Part shown: one piece after another, positions 41,101 to 53,572 of the stretch
How positions within the stretch are numbered: the first letter of the stretch is position 1
Layout of the letters: the number at the start of each line of letters is the position of its first letter
Assembly (NCBI GenBank): GCA_964016885.1
Contig: OZ024745.1
Location: 9,548,001 to 9,612,000 of the forward strand
Direction: 5' to 3'
Length of the DNA: 64,000 nucleotides
Source of the DNA: Eledone cirrhosa
Lineage: Eukaryota
Notes under the pieces: generated by a model
The model's database searches: none
Told to the model about the DNA's origin: nothing
Seen by the model: only the letters and a program-made list of their open reading frames with translations
Position numbers and translations under genes: made by a program

Positions 41101-42573
41101 TGAGCAAGGCCATTTCCCTGAGGGGATCTGGGTTCTGTTTTCTCGTCTACTTATAAGGACCTTAGTCTTTGTCATGTTGACTTTGAGGCCCTTTCTCTCT
41201 AGTCCCTGCTTCCAGGTTTGGAATTTATTCTCTAGTTCTACCATAGATTCAGCTATGAGTGCGAGGTCATCAGCATACAGGAGTTCCCATGGGCATCCGG
41301 TCTTAAACTCCTCCGTTATTGCCTGCAGGACTATGATGAACAGGAGAGGGCTAAGAACAGAGCCCTGGTGGACCCCAACCTGTACGCTAAATTCCTCGCT
41401 ATACTCATTGCCAATCCTAACTTTGCTGACTGCTCCCCTATACATGGCTTGTACCGCTTTCACAAGCCATTCATCTACTCCTAGTTTTCTAAGAGCCCAC
41501 CAGATTACTGCACGTGGAACTCTGTCAAAGGCTTTCTCAAGGTCGACAAATGCCAAGTAGAGTGGCTTACTTTTAGCTAGGTACTTTTCCTGTAATTGCC
41601 TCACAAGGAAGAGCGCATCAGTGGTACCTTTCCCTGGTACAAACCCAAATTGCATCTCGTCTATATTCACCCGGTCCCTAATCAGCTGTGCTATAACTCT
41701 TTCTGTTACTTTCATGACCTGGTCCATCAACTTTATACCTCTATAGTTTCCTCTATCTAGTGCATCGCCTTTACCTTTGTAGCAGTTGACAATGATGCTA
41801 CTGCACCAATCTTTTGGTATGGCCCCCTCTAGTATTACCTGGTTAACGATACGTGTGGTTATAGTGTGACCTACAGACCCAGATGCCTTCAGCATCTCGG
41901 CAGCTATACCCGATGGACCGGTTGCCTTCCCTATCTTCATATCTCTGATTGCCTTACTTACTACGCTGCCGCTGACTTGTACTGCTGGTCCCTCTATAGG
42001 GTCTACGTGGGGTAGACACATTTATCTCCAACAACATCCTGATTTGCATTGACACACTGCCTTGCAATGTGGAACACCGCACGCCTCTGATCTTCCCGTC
42101 GCAGAACATTGGCAAACCTCCTACTCTCTGCCTCCCTGCGTGCTAGGTACACCTGACGTCTAGCTTCTCTCTTAGTGGCTGTATATTCTTCCCTCCTCCC
42201 ACCCTTTTTCCAAGCCTTCCATGCTAGTCTTTTGTCTCTAATAGCCTTATCTACCAGGTCACTCTCTGTCTGGTTGGAGCTCTGCTCCAGCCACAAGTTT
42301 CATCAGTAGCCTGCAGCAAGTTGTCGCGTAAGAAATTCCAGTTATTTATGTCATACGTCTCTAAATCGTCTTCTTTTTCGTCATATACATCTTGAAGGGC
42401 TTTCCTAAATTTGTATTTTAGTGAAAGGTCTTTTAGCTTCCAGACCGTTCTTCTCCACACCTTCCTATATGTCTCATTCCATCTCTTGCTTACTGAGATA
42501 TCACTAACAACTAACCTATGCTGTGGGGTACGTTCTTCCCCAGGGTATGCCTTGGTATTAGACATTATCTGCC
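38191..42573 (-). mobile_element. RTE LINE family C, 5'-truncated, interrupted by a family A insertion (C segments 38191-40011 and 42016-42573)
   Basis: Inverted homolog of about 34507-36854; (GAT)n tail at 38191-38210; both ends abut (TA)n. Confidence 0.93.
40012..42015 (-). mobile_element. RTE LINE family A, 5'-truncated, nested in family C
   Basis: Uninterrupted RT ORF (YADD) nearly identical to 51160-52860; 3' UTR and (GAT)n tail at 40012-40040. Confidence 0.95.
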
Positions 42574-42603
<30 letters not shown>

Positions 42604-42604
<1 letters not shown>

Positions 42605-42918
42605 TTCATTTCATTTTACGTCCGCTTTTTCCTTGCTTGCAAGGGTGGGACGGGAACTGATTCTGGCTTGATTTCTACAGCTGGATGCCCTTCCTAACGC
42701 CAACCTCATTTACAGTGAGTGCTGGATGCTTTTTTGCTCTGGCACCTACACAACCACTTTACAGTGGAATGACATCTCATTTCTACAGCTGAGTAAACTG
42801 GAGCAATGTGAAATAAAGTGTCTTGCTCAAGGAAACAACACATCGCATGGTCTGAGAATTGAACTCACAATCTTTCGATTGCAAGGCCAATGCTCTAACC
42901 ACTAAGCCATGTGCCTCC
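42604..42918 (-). mobile_element. SINE family 2
   Basis: Reverse-complement homolog of 32764-33093; (TA)n on both sides. Confidence 0.9.
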
Positions 42919-42962
42919 ATTATATATATATATTTATATATATATATATATTTATATATATT

Positions 42963-42993
<31 letters not shown>

Positions 42994-43097
42994 ATATTTA
43001 TGTATGAATGAAGTAATTTCATCGGAAAAGTCCAGGAAAAAAGAGTGCTCTATGTAGGCAACAGAGCTTAATTATTATTATTATGTAATAAACAACA

Positions 43098-43288
43098 AGG
43101 GTGGTGGATTGGCAGTATCGGTAGGGGGTCGGGTGCCATGCTTTGACGCATAGAGTTACGGCCCTTGCCATTCTGAGTTCAAATCCCGCCGAGGTTAACT
43201 TTGCCTTTCATCCTTACGAGGGGGTCGATAAAATAAAGTACCAGTAATGTACTGGGTAATTGCTGGCCTTGTGCCAATAGTAGAAACA
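43098..43288 (+). mobile_element. tRNA-derived SINE family 1, full length with 18-bp TSD
   Basis: Box A TGGCAGTATCGG, box B GAGTTCAAATCC; TSD ATTATGTAATAAACAACA at 43080-43097 and 43289-43306. Confidence 0.9.
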
Positions 43289-43499
43289 ATTATGTAATAA
43301 ACAACATAAGGCAATTATTCCATTTACCAGTGGTTTCTTAAAAGCAAAAGGTTTTGCTTTCAATCCTCAGAATGAAAAAATCCTGGTTTGTTTATTGAAT
43401 TTGGATTTTAAAAAACAAAAATGCAATCTATATGAAAGTGAGGCTGGAGAAGGGAGAAGGAAAGGAAAAATAAAATAAAACTACACACACAAAAACACA

Positions 43500-43619
43500 A
43501 AAGCATACTTACACACACATACATATATACATATATATATGTACGCATACATATATACATATACACATATATATAAAACGTACACTTACATACACATATA
43601 TACACATACATACATTCAT

Positions 43620-43654
<35 letters not shown>

Positions 43655-43657
43655 GAT

Positions 43658-43688
<31 letters not shown>

Positions 43689-44239
43689 CATACACATACA
43701 CACACATACATATGTGTGTGTACAAGCATACACATACACAAACATAGCCATACACACACACATATACATACATACATTCACACAAACATAACGCACATAC
43801 ATACACATACATAAATGCACTCCTCAACATATTCACACACGCAAATAAATATAAGAAAAAAATATATATATATTAAAAAATTTTTGACACCGTTACATGA
43901 GGCAGCTAACTGGACAGACACGCGTGGTAAGTAATACACATAAATGCACGTATACATACGTACGAAATAGTAAACACATACACACACTCTCACACATAAA
44001 TATACATATACAAATACATAAACACATACATACATAAACACGCACACGTATACAATATATACACACACACATGTATATGTAATTATATACACACACACAC
44101 ACATATATATATATATACAAAAATATAAACGCACACACACACATATACGTATACATACACACACATATACATACATAGCTAAACAATTATAAACATGCAA
44201 ATACGTATATATCATAAACACGCACAACCAAATACAAAC

Positions 44240-44270
<31 letters not shown>

Positions 44271-44297
44271 CACACACGCACATACATACACACATAT

Positions 44298-44362
<65 letters not shown>

Positions 44363-44420
44363 TACGTACATATACACATATGCATACACATACACACACA
44401 CATACATGTGTGTATGTGTA
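43500..44420. repeat. Compound (CA)n/(TA)n/(TACA)n low-complexity tract
   Basis: Directly visible dinucleotide mosaic. Confidence 0.9.
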
Positions 44421-44759
44421 AAACTCAGTCTTAGATAATTCAAATGAACCTTACATAAATGTATATATAGTAGTAAAGTAATAAAGCAACATAAGGCAAT
44501 TATTCCATTCACCAGTGGTTTCTTAAAAGCAAAAAATTTTTCCTTCAATCTTCAGAATGAAAAAAACCTGGTTTATCCACATATACATACATATACACAC
44601 ACAAATATACATATATATACATATACACATACACACACATACATATATATATATATATGAATATAGACATAGAATATTCGAAAATATTCTGTATGTTTAT
44701 AATAAACATTTTGAAGACCTAATCGCTATAGAATAGAATACGTCACGTATTACAATTAG

Positions 44760-44848
44760 ATTCTCGATAAAAGCAAGGGAAGTAATCTACGCGTTTCATT
44801 CTCGTTAGAAATCATCAGGACTACATATCCAGTGCTTTTATCGAGAAT
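44760..44848 (-). ncRNA. Type I hammerhead ribozyme, copy 1
   Basis: Minus strand: GTAGTC-CTGATGA-TTTCTAACGAGAAT-GAAAC-GC-GTA-GATTAC, with a distal 16-bp stem ATTCTCGATAAAAGCA/TGCTTTTATCGAGAAT. Confidence 0.85.
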
Positions 44849-45069
44849 GACACAGCTAGAGACTTATAGAATACTTAGCTGTGTACAGGAACTGGTTTGA
44901 AAGAGCGGTTGCCGGTCCGGCAGAAATTAGAAATTGGAATAAATGCTCTGAAATAGCGATATATATGTGAATATAGACATAGAATATTCGAAAATATTCT
45001 GTATGTTTATAATAAACATTTTGAAGACCTAATCGCTATAGAATAGAATACGTCACGTATTACAATTAG

Positions 45070-45158
45070 ATTCTCGATAAAAGCAAGGGAAGTAATCTAC
45101 GCGTTTCATTCTCGTTAGAAATCATCAGGACTACATATCCAGTGCTTTTATCGAGAAT
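45070..45158 (-). ncRNA. Type I hammerhead ribozyme, copy 2
   Basis: Same motif, +310 bp. Confidence 0.85.
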
Positions 45159-45379
45159 GACACAGCTAGAGACTTATAGAATACTTAGCTGTGTACAGGA
45201 ACTGGTTTGAAAGAGCGGTTGCCGGTCCGGCAGAAATTAGAAATTGGAATAAATGCTCTGAAATAGCGATATATATGTGAATATAGACATAGAATATTCG
45301 AAAATATTCTGTATGTTTATAATAAACATTTTGAAGACCTAATCGCTATAGAATAGAATACGTCACGTATTACAATTAG

Positions 45380-45468
45380 ATTCTCGATAAAAGCAAGGGA
45401 AGTAATCTACGCGTTTCATTCTCGTTAGAAATCATCAGGACTACATATCCAGTGCTTTTATCGAGAAT
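45380..45468 (-). ncRNA. Type I hammerhead ribozyme, copy 3
   Basis: Same motif, +620 bp. Confidence 0.85.
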
Positions 45469-45584
45469 GACACAGCTAGAGACTTATAGAATACTTAGCT
45501 GTGTACAGGAACTGGTTGAAAGAGCGGTTGCCGGTCCGGCAGAAATTAGAAATTGGAATAAATGCTCTGAAATATATATATATA

Positions 45585-45654
<70 letters not shown>

Positions 45655-45841
45655 AATATACATACACATAGGTATATGAAGGGCAAAACAAAAAGAATAT
45701 ATGGGGGGAGGGGGGGGGGCATAAGAGGAGGTAAAATATAAGGGGAGGTAAGGGAGAAAAAAATAATTAAATATACAAGAGTACAGAACGTAGAATCAGC
45801 AAAATAAAAACCGTAGCAGAAGTAAAGAGCAGAGAAGGAGT

Positions 45842-47951
45842 TCAAGCCGGTTGATTTATCATAGGAGTGTCAATCCAGTTACAGATCAGATGCGATTTCA
45901 GATGAGGACAGCATCTGAAGATCTCAGTCTTTGAGTTAAGGCAAGCGGAAGTGGCTCTCAAGTTTAGCAAAATCCTATACTTTTCTGTGGTACACAAAGA
46001 ACAATTCTTTGTGCCCCTTTGGTACTCCCTCGAATGGTCTAATATAGACCAATCAATAGAGTACGGGATGTTACCATCCTTGAGATCCCACACCTTACTT
46101 GCAAGGGCCGTTGATGTTCGTTTATCGGAGTGCTTAAAAGAAGCGACATGTGAGTAAAATCTGGTTTTAAACCTGTCCTGGGTCATACCGACATATCGCT
46201 CACTCCTGGCTGGCTGGTTGTTGATTACTGGTGTTATCTTAGCCTCATAAACGACAGATTTGGTGTTACATTTACCCTGCAATGGGCATTCATCCGGCTT
46301 CCTGCAACTGCATCCTGGATTTATTCTCGTACGGTTTGAACTGGTGATTTTGGACTTCATAGATGGGCAACAAGAGTAGCTGATCTTAACTACATTCCTA
46401 TTAAATATCTTATAATATCTATGATTAGGAGGAAAATGTTTGTCTAATAGTTCAAGGAATTTCCTTCCTACATTAGTTTTGACAGTTAGAGAGAAGGGGG
46501 CTGTGAACCAAATAATCTTCCTTTTCCTGTTATTATGGTTAGTTTTAGGGGGGGGGGGGTAAATAAGAATTTTTTTCTGTAAAACCGCTGTTCTTAAGGG
46601 CTTTATTAAAAATGTCTATAGACGAAGATAAGGTAGAAATCCTACGGCTAATGTTAGGAATAAGATTATTAAAAACTATAGGGGGATGGCAAGACTCTTT
46701 GTGTATATACCTAAGATTTTCATTAGGTTTATGATAGGGTTTAAAAGAGGCAGTAAGTAGATCAAGATTAATATCAAGAAAGTTAGCATTAGTCAGGTTC
46801 GTATCTATAGTAATTTTAAGGTTAAGATTAGCAAAAGTATTGATTAAATCTTTACGGAATTTATCAAGGTTATGGCCGTTGGTGGTATGAGAGACTGCTA
46901 ATCCGTCATCACGGTATAAACCGATATTATGGGACGGAAATTTCTCTTTGAGTGTGTGGAGAAGGAATAATCCTACTAAGTCACACACATCCGCACTGTC
47001 ATATGAACCCATTGCAACATCAAAAGAGTTTTCAGGGTTTGACTTTTTAACCCAAATATTATCATTAGTAAAAAGTAAAGTTTTTCTAGCATGAAAGATA
47101 ATGTCCTCTTCTAATTTAGAGATATTAATGAAGGGTCTTGCAAAATCTAAGGCATTAGTTAATAAGGAAACAGTAATAGAAGGGTAAAAATCGACAATAT
47201 CAAATTGGGTAAATCTACACTTATTTTTACCTTGTATATTATTGAACCAAGAAATAACAGAGGAAGTATTTAGCCACTGTGATAGGTCAGTGTTAGTTCT
47301 AATTTGGAGAATTATTTTTCTTAAGATTTTCTTACTTGCAAGGCCAACCTCGGATTTAGCCCGGTTAATCAGTCTACAACTAGGTCGATTAGTAAAGTCC
47401 AATTTATGGTCTTTAAGGGTAATATATGCTTTACGCTTAGCTAAGCTTTCAATCCGGTTATCTATTTGTAAAGAACTAGCTAGTTCTTTAGCTTCTTTAT
47501 TGATAGTATTGTAGGTATTATTATTAGTTAATTGATATTTATTGGTAATACTATTAGTTAAAAGTTGCTTATACAAATTACTATTAACTTCAAAGAGGTT
47601 TTTAGTTTTATCAGAAAGAACGAAAGTGTTTGTAGAATTTCTAAAATTAGAAATATCGTTAGAAAGTTTAGTTTGAAAGTTATTATTGTACTTACGAAAT
47701 TTGATATCACTAATTAGATTAACGAGGTCTAATTCGAAGTTGGCCATGTCTTTAATTCTAGGTGGGTATTTACGGGATTTAATGTCAAAACAATCTTTAG
47801 TATCAGCACTGAATACTCCATCGTAAACCATTGCCTTCCATCTCATTCTTTTAACGACTTGTTCGATTTTATCTATGAGGATTTTGGTGTAAGTTGTGTT
47901 GGAAGGAGTGGGTATATTTTTGATTGAATAATCCAAATCATAAAGGTCCAT
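45842..47951 (-). mobile_element. Penelope-like element ORF (RT + GIY-YIG endonuclease), one frameshift near 46545-46580
   Basis: RT motifs DIVDFYPSI, AMGS, YRDDG; linker IIWFTAPFS...KISYSC is open in the second frame; GIY-YIG motif VVY...YVGMT...FKTRF..H with flanking Cys motifs. Confidence 0.92.
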
Positions 47952-48205
47952 GGTGTATGTTGGTTAAATTCCTGAAAACTGTAGAGTGCTCAACTAATCG
48001 GGCTGGAAGTAAATAAATACAATACAGAAGTAATAGAAATAAATAAATACATACACGCAAACAAATACGTACATACACAAGCATACGCAAAAGCTTACCA
48101 TAGGTATACAAAACCACGCACATATAAATATGTGTGTGTGTGTGTGTGTATAGCCCTCTTTGGATTTTAGTCTTCAATTTTATTATTATTACTATATATA
48201 AATAT

Positions 48206-48544
48206 GGAGGCACATGGCTTAGTGGTTAGAGCATTGGGCTTGCAATCGAAAGGTTGTGAGTTCAATTCTCAGACCGGGTGATGTGTTGTTTCCTTGAGCA
48301 AGACACTTTATTTCACATTGCGCCAGTTTACTCAGCTGTAGAAATGAGATGATAGGGACTGAGGTCCCTATCATTCCACTGTAAAGTGGTCGTGGAGGTG
48401 CCACGGCAAAAAAGCACCCAGCACTCACTGTAAATGAGGTTGGTGTTAGGAAGGGCATCCAGCTGTAGTAATCAAGCCAGAATCAGTTCCCGTCCAACCC
48501 TTGCAAGCAGGGAAAAGCGGACGTAAAATGATGATGATGATGAT
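48206..48544 (+). mobile_element. SINE family 2, full length
   Basis: As for 32764-33093; ends in (GAT)n followed by (TA)n. Confidence 0.9.
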
Positions 48545-48786
48545 AAATATATATATATATATTTATATATATATAAATATATATATTTATACATATATAT
48601 ATATTTATATATTTATATATATATATTTATATATATATATTTATATATATATATATATATTTATATATATTTATATATTTATATATATATATATATACTT
48701 ATATATATTTATATATATATTTATATATATATATATATTTATATATATTTATATATATATTTATATATATATATATTTATATATAT

Positions 48787-49293
48787 ATCATCATCATCAT
48801 CATCATCATCAACGTTTAACGTCCGTGTTCCACGCTTGCATGGGTTTGGACGGGGGTTTTCCCACTTGAGGCAAGAGTGATTGTCTTGCTCGCATAGGAC
48901 TGTCTGGCAGGTTTTCTACAGTTGGATGCCCTTCCTAACACCAACCACATTTACAGTGTGGGTCTGGGAGGTTTTTACCGTGTTACCTACACGGCCACAT
49001 TACAGCGTGGACTGTGTGTTTTTTTGTCGTGACACCTACACGATCTCATTTGTTTCGGCCTGGATGGTGTGGCACCAACATAACTTTACATAGAAGGGGG
49101 GCGGTGTGGATGGGGTGGGGGTGGTGGGACGGGGGTGTATTTTGTTAGAGATGCCTACTGACTGTAGTAGGTTTTACTTTGTATTTAGGTAAGGCGGGTC
49201 TTCTCTATTACTGAGTACCGCCAAAGGTCTCGGTCCAGTGACATTGTCTTGGTGAGGTGTAAGTGTGTGAGGTCGGAGTTTATCAGCTCGTCC
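48787..49293 (-). mobile_element. RTE LINE family B, 3' end only
   Basis: Matches 53573-54080; (TA)n on both sides. Confidence 0.92.
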
Positions 49294-49345
49294 TTTATAT
49301 TTATATATATATTTATATATATTTATATATTTATATATATATATA

Positions 49346-50635
49346 CTAGCAGAAGTACCCGGCGTTGTCCGGGTGTAAGTCGACCTTTGGTCTGTTAGAA
49401 TGTGTGAAAGTTACTTCCCGCGCATCACAGGTTCAAAACTTCGAACTTGAATGAAAAAAAATAGGTTAGTAGACACAGGTGTGTAATTTATTAATTGTAG
49501 TTACACTGTATCGTTGAAATTGTTCTCTGCACGACTGACGGAAGTCAAAATCGCTTGATATTGAATGTTCAGTTAATTTAAAGCAGGGTGAAAATGTCGA
49601 TTACTTTCAGGGTTTTTTTTTTTTTACAATTTTTGCCCTCACATGTGCAGAAGAAGAATTAAAAGGGCCTTTATCTTAACTGCGGCATAATGGCGAGTCT
49701 TTTGTGACAGTTTTCAAGAATATAGGACGTTCCTGTAAAAAGTTTTCCCATGTGTAACTTTGCCTTGTTTTTTTGCGCAAAGTCGAGCCCCGCTTCAGTT
49801 TTATTGATTTTTTACATCAATGCGTGATCTCTGAAGTAGATGTGAGTAGCTAAAAACCTGTCCCGGTAAATTTGCTATAGATGAAAAAAAGTTGATCAAA
49901 ATTGTATCTAGGGTTATTGCCCTTTGCCACAGCCTCAAGCCTCGTCTGACGGGATGTTGGTGATTCCTCCGTCAGCGCTTGTTGGCGACGAAGGCGAACA
50001 TCAGCAAGCCTTGTCGTACGTGATGTTGGTGACTCAACCAGCCGGGAAAGACGTCTATCAGCGAGTCGAGATTTGCGCTCAGCAGGTGTTTCCTAGAAAA
50101 AATTAATTAATTCTACTGGTTAGCTAAGCCAATGGCAGTGTCAATAGAAAATGAGAAAAGTCTAACATGAACAAAAGGGAATCAAGGTAAGACAATAAAT
50201 TTAATATAACTACAATTAGAATGTTGTAGTTGCTTAAAAGTGGTGACAGTTAGGATAAACGCAGTACTTGCTAACATTAAGGGAGAATATTGCATAAAGG
50301 ATTAATCAATTGTGAATGAACTCATACCTGAGAACGCCTAATTCGTTGTCTCAAAGCAGTAGCTGTACCTTTTTTGGAGGTAAGTTTTGAACGTTTCCGT
50401 GTGGGCATAACGACGTGTAACGAAGCTGTTAGGTTAGAGAGAGGTGATTAAATACAGAGAGAGATGACACCAGATTCGTTAGCATGGTTACTGGTGAATG
50501 GGAAGGTTTGGAAATATGATTACAATAACTTACCAAATTTTCCGGTCTATAAATTGCACTTAAAATAATTAAATTTAATCATAAAACAGCTCTGCGCTTT
50601 ATACTCCGGTGAGCCTTATGTATAAATAATACAGA
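49346..50635 (-). mobile_element. Non-autonomous Helitron, both termini present
   Basis: Minus strand begins A|TCTGTATTATTTATA (50635) and ends with hairpin ACCCGG-ACAACG-CCGGGT, 7 nt, then CTAG|T (49346); no TSD. Confidence 0.78.
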
Positions 50636-50637
50636 TA

Positions 50638-53172
50638 TTTAAAGATATTTTACTCAACGCCTACGACAGTAAAGAAGAACAGATAGAGACATTTAACGTA
50701 GAAGAGAACTGGGAGTTCCTAAAAAATAACTTACTAGAGGCGACGGATGAGGTTTGTGGCTGGAGTAAGACCTCAAGCAGGAGGAGAGTGACTTGGTGGT
50801 GGAACAATAAGGTAGATGAAGCAGTCAAGGCCAAGAGACAGGCATGGAAAGAATGGAAGAACGGGGGGAGCAGGGTACATTACATAGAGACCAAGAGGGA
50901 AGCTAGGCGACAAGTATACTTAGCTAGAAGGGAAGCAAAGGATAGAAAATTCAAGCATGTTTTACAAAATGAGGACCAGAAACAGGAGGTATTCAAGATT
51001 GCGAGGCAGTGTGTCAGAGATAGTTGTGATGTCATTGGAGAGAAGTGTATCCGGAATGATAAAGGTGAGCTTGCCCTCACAAGTGCTGAGAAGAAAGATG
51101 CATGGAAGAGTCATTATGATAGATTACTAAATGAGGAGAATGCATGGGAAGAAGAGACCCTACCCCACGTAGACCCTATAGAGGGACCAGCAGTACAAGT
51201 CAGCGGCAGCGTAGTGAGTAAGGCAATCAGAGATATGAAGATAGGGAAGGCAACCGGTCCATCGGGTATAGCTGCCGAGATGCTGAAGGCATCTGGGTCT
51301 GTAGGTCACACTATAACCACACGTATCGTTAACCAGGTAATACTAGAGGGGGCCATACCAAAAGATTGGTGCAGTAGCATCATTGTCAACTGCTACAAAG
51401 GTAAAGGCGATGCACTAGATAGAGGAAACTATAGAGGTATAAAGTTGATGGACCAGGTCATGAAAGTAACAGAAAGAGTTATAGCACAGCTGATTAGGGA
51501 CCGGGTGAATATAGACGAGATGCAATTTGGGTTTGTACCAGGGAAAGGCACCACTGATGCCCTCTTCCTTGTGAGGCAATTACAGGAAAAGTACCTAGCT
51601 AAAAGTAAGCCACTCTACTTGGCATTTGTCGACCTTGAGAAAGCCTTTGACAGAGTTCCACGTGCAGTAATCTGGTGGGCTCTTAGAAAACTAGGAGTAG
51701 ATGAATGGCTTGTGAAAGCGGTACAAGCCATGTATAGGGGAGCAGTCAGCAAAGTTAGGATTGGCAATGAGTATAGCGAGGAATTTAGCGTACAGGTTGG
51801 GGTCCACCAGGGCTCTGTTCTTAGCCCTCTCCTGTTCATCATAGTCCTGCAGGCAATAACGGAGGAGTTTAAGACCGGATGCCCATGGGAACTCCTGTAT
51901 GCTGATGACCTCGCACTCATAGCTGAATCTATGGTAGAACTAGAGAATAAATTCCAAACCTGGAAGCAGGGACTAGAGAGAAAGGGCCTCAAAGTCAACA
52001 TGACAAAGACTAAGGTCCTTATAAGTAGACGAGAAAACAGAACCCAGATCCCCTCAGGGAAATGGCCTTGCTCAGTATGTAGGAAAGGTGTAGGTAGGAA
52101 CTCCATTCTCTGCCCCAAATGCAAACAATGGGTACACAAGAGATGTAGCGGGATCTCAGGAAGCTTAATTAAGAATGTAGGATTCACATGCAGCAGCTGT
52201 GCTGAAACAGCAAGCAAACAGCCACAGGAAACAAGTACCACCAATCTCTGGGAGGGCCCTGTAGAAACAGTAGACAGCTTCTGCTACCTAGGTGACCGAA
52301 TTAGCAACGGAGGTGGGTGCTCAGAAAGTACAATAACTAGGGTAAGAACGGGATGGAAGAAGTTTAGGGAACTACTACCACTGCTAGCTGCAAAAGGCTT
52401 CTCCCTCAGAATGAAAGGCAGACTGTATGATGCGTGTATCCGAACAGCGATGTTGCATGGTAGTGAGACCTGGGCGCTGAAGGTGGAAGACTTACGTAGA
52501 TTAGAGAGAAACGAAGCCTGCATGCTCCGATGGATGTGTAACAGTAATATACGTGAACGACAAAGCATAAAGGAATTGAGAGAGAGACTGAGCATAAGAG
52601 GAATCAAATGCTGCGTGCAGGAGAGACGGTTACGCTGGTATGGACATGTGATGCGTATGAAGGATGACAGCTGCATAAAAAGGTGCAGAGCACTAGAAGT
52701 TGATGGAAACCGCGGAGTGGGGAGACCCAAGATGACTTGGGATGAGGTGATAAAAGCCGACCTTACCCAACTACACCTCTCAAAGTCAATGACACACGAC
52801 CGTGACTTCTGGCGTCACGCAGTAATACAGGGTACCCGAACTCCCATGGGTACATGCTGAAGCATATAAACAATACGCCCCCCCCCCCCCCCCCCACCGC
52901 AAGGTGGTCGTGGAGGTGCCACGGCAAAAAAGCACCCAGCCCACACTGTAAAGTGGACGTGTAGGCGCCACGAAAAAGCACCCAGCACTCACTGTAAATG
53001 AGGTTGGTGTTAGGAAGGGCATCCAGCTGTAGAAATCAAGCCAGATCAGTTCCTATATGAGCAAGGCATGGTCAGCCGACCAGACACTGCCCACAACAGG
53101 ACAACCCGTCTAACCCATGCTAGCGTGGAAGAACGGACGTAAAACGGTGATGATGATGATGATGATGATGAT
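50638..53172 (+). mobile_element. RTE LINE family A, 3' two-thirds, intact frame
   Basis: Open frame 50638-52860 with RT (YADD) and PHD-like finger; 3' UTR; (GAT)n tail. Confidence 0.96.
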
Positions 53173-53229
53173 ATATATATATATAAATATATATATATAA
53201 ATATATAAATATATAAATATATATATATA

Positions 53230-53261
<32 letters not shown>

Positions 53262-53432
53262 AATATATTTATATATATATATATATAAATATATATATAT
53301 AAATATATATAAATATATATATATAAATATATAAATATATATATATAAATATATATATATAAATATATATATATAAATATATATATATATAAATATATTT
53401 ATATATATATAAATATATATATATATATAAAT

Positions 53433-53467
<35 letters not shown>

Positions 53468-53489
53468 AATATATATATATATTTATATA

Positions 53490-53525
<36 letters not shown>

Positions 53526-53528
53526 AAT

Positions 53529-53561
<33 letters not shown>

Positions 53562-53572
53562 AATATATATAT

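Larger units (their letters stand above)
44659..45574 (-). repeat. 3 x 310-bp tandem repeat, each unit with a hammerhead (retrozyme or pLTR-like)
   Basis: Units start at 44659, 44969 and 45279; near-identical, with the third lacking one T and the last about 15 nt. Confidence 0.95.

Noticed and set aside
40931-41560. Antisense ORFs over LINE RT regions (also 51615-52244, 54162-54977)
   Set aside because: Shadow frames of the RT ORF, repeated only because the elements are copies.
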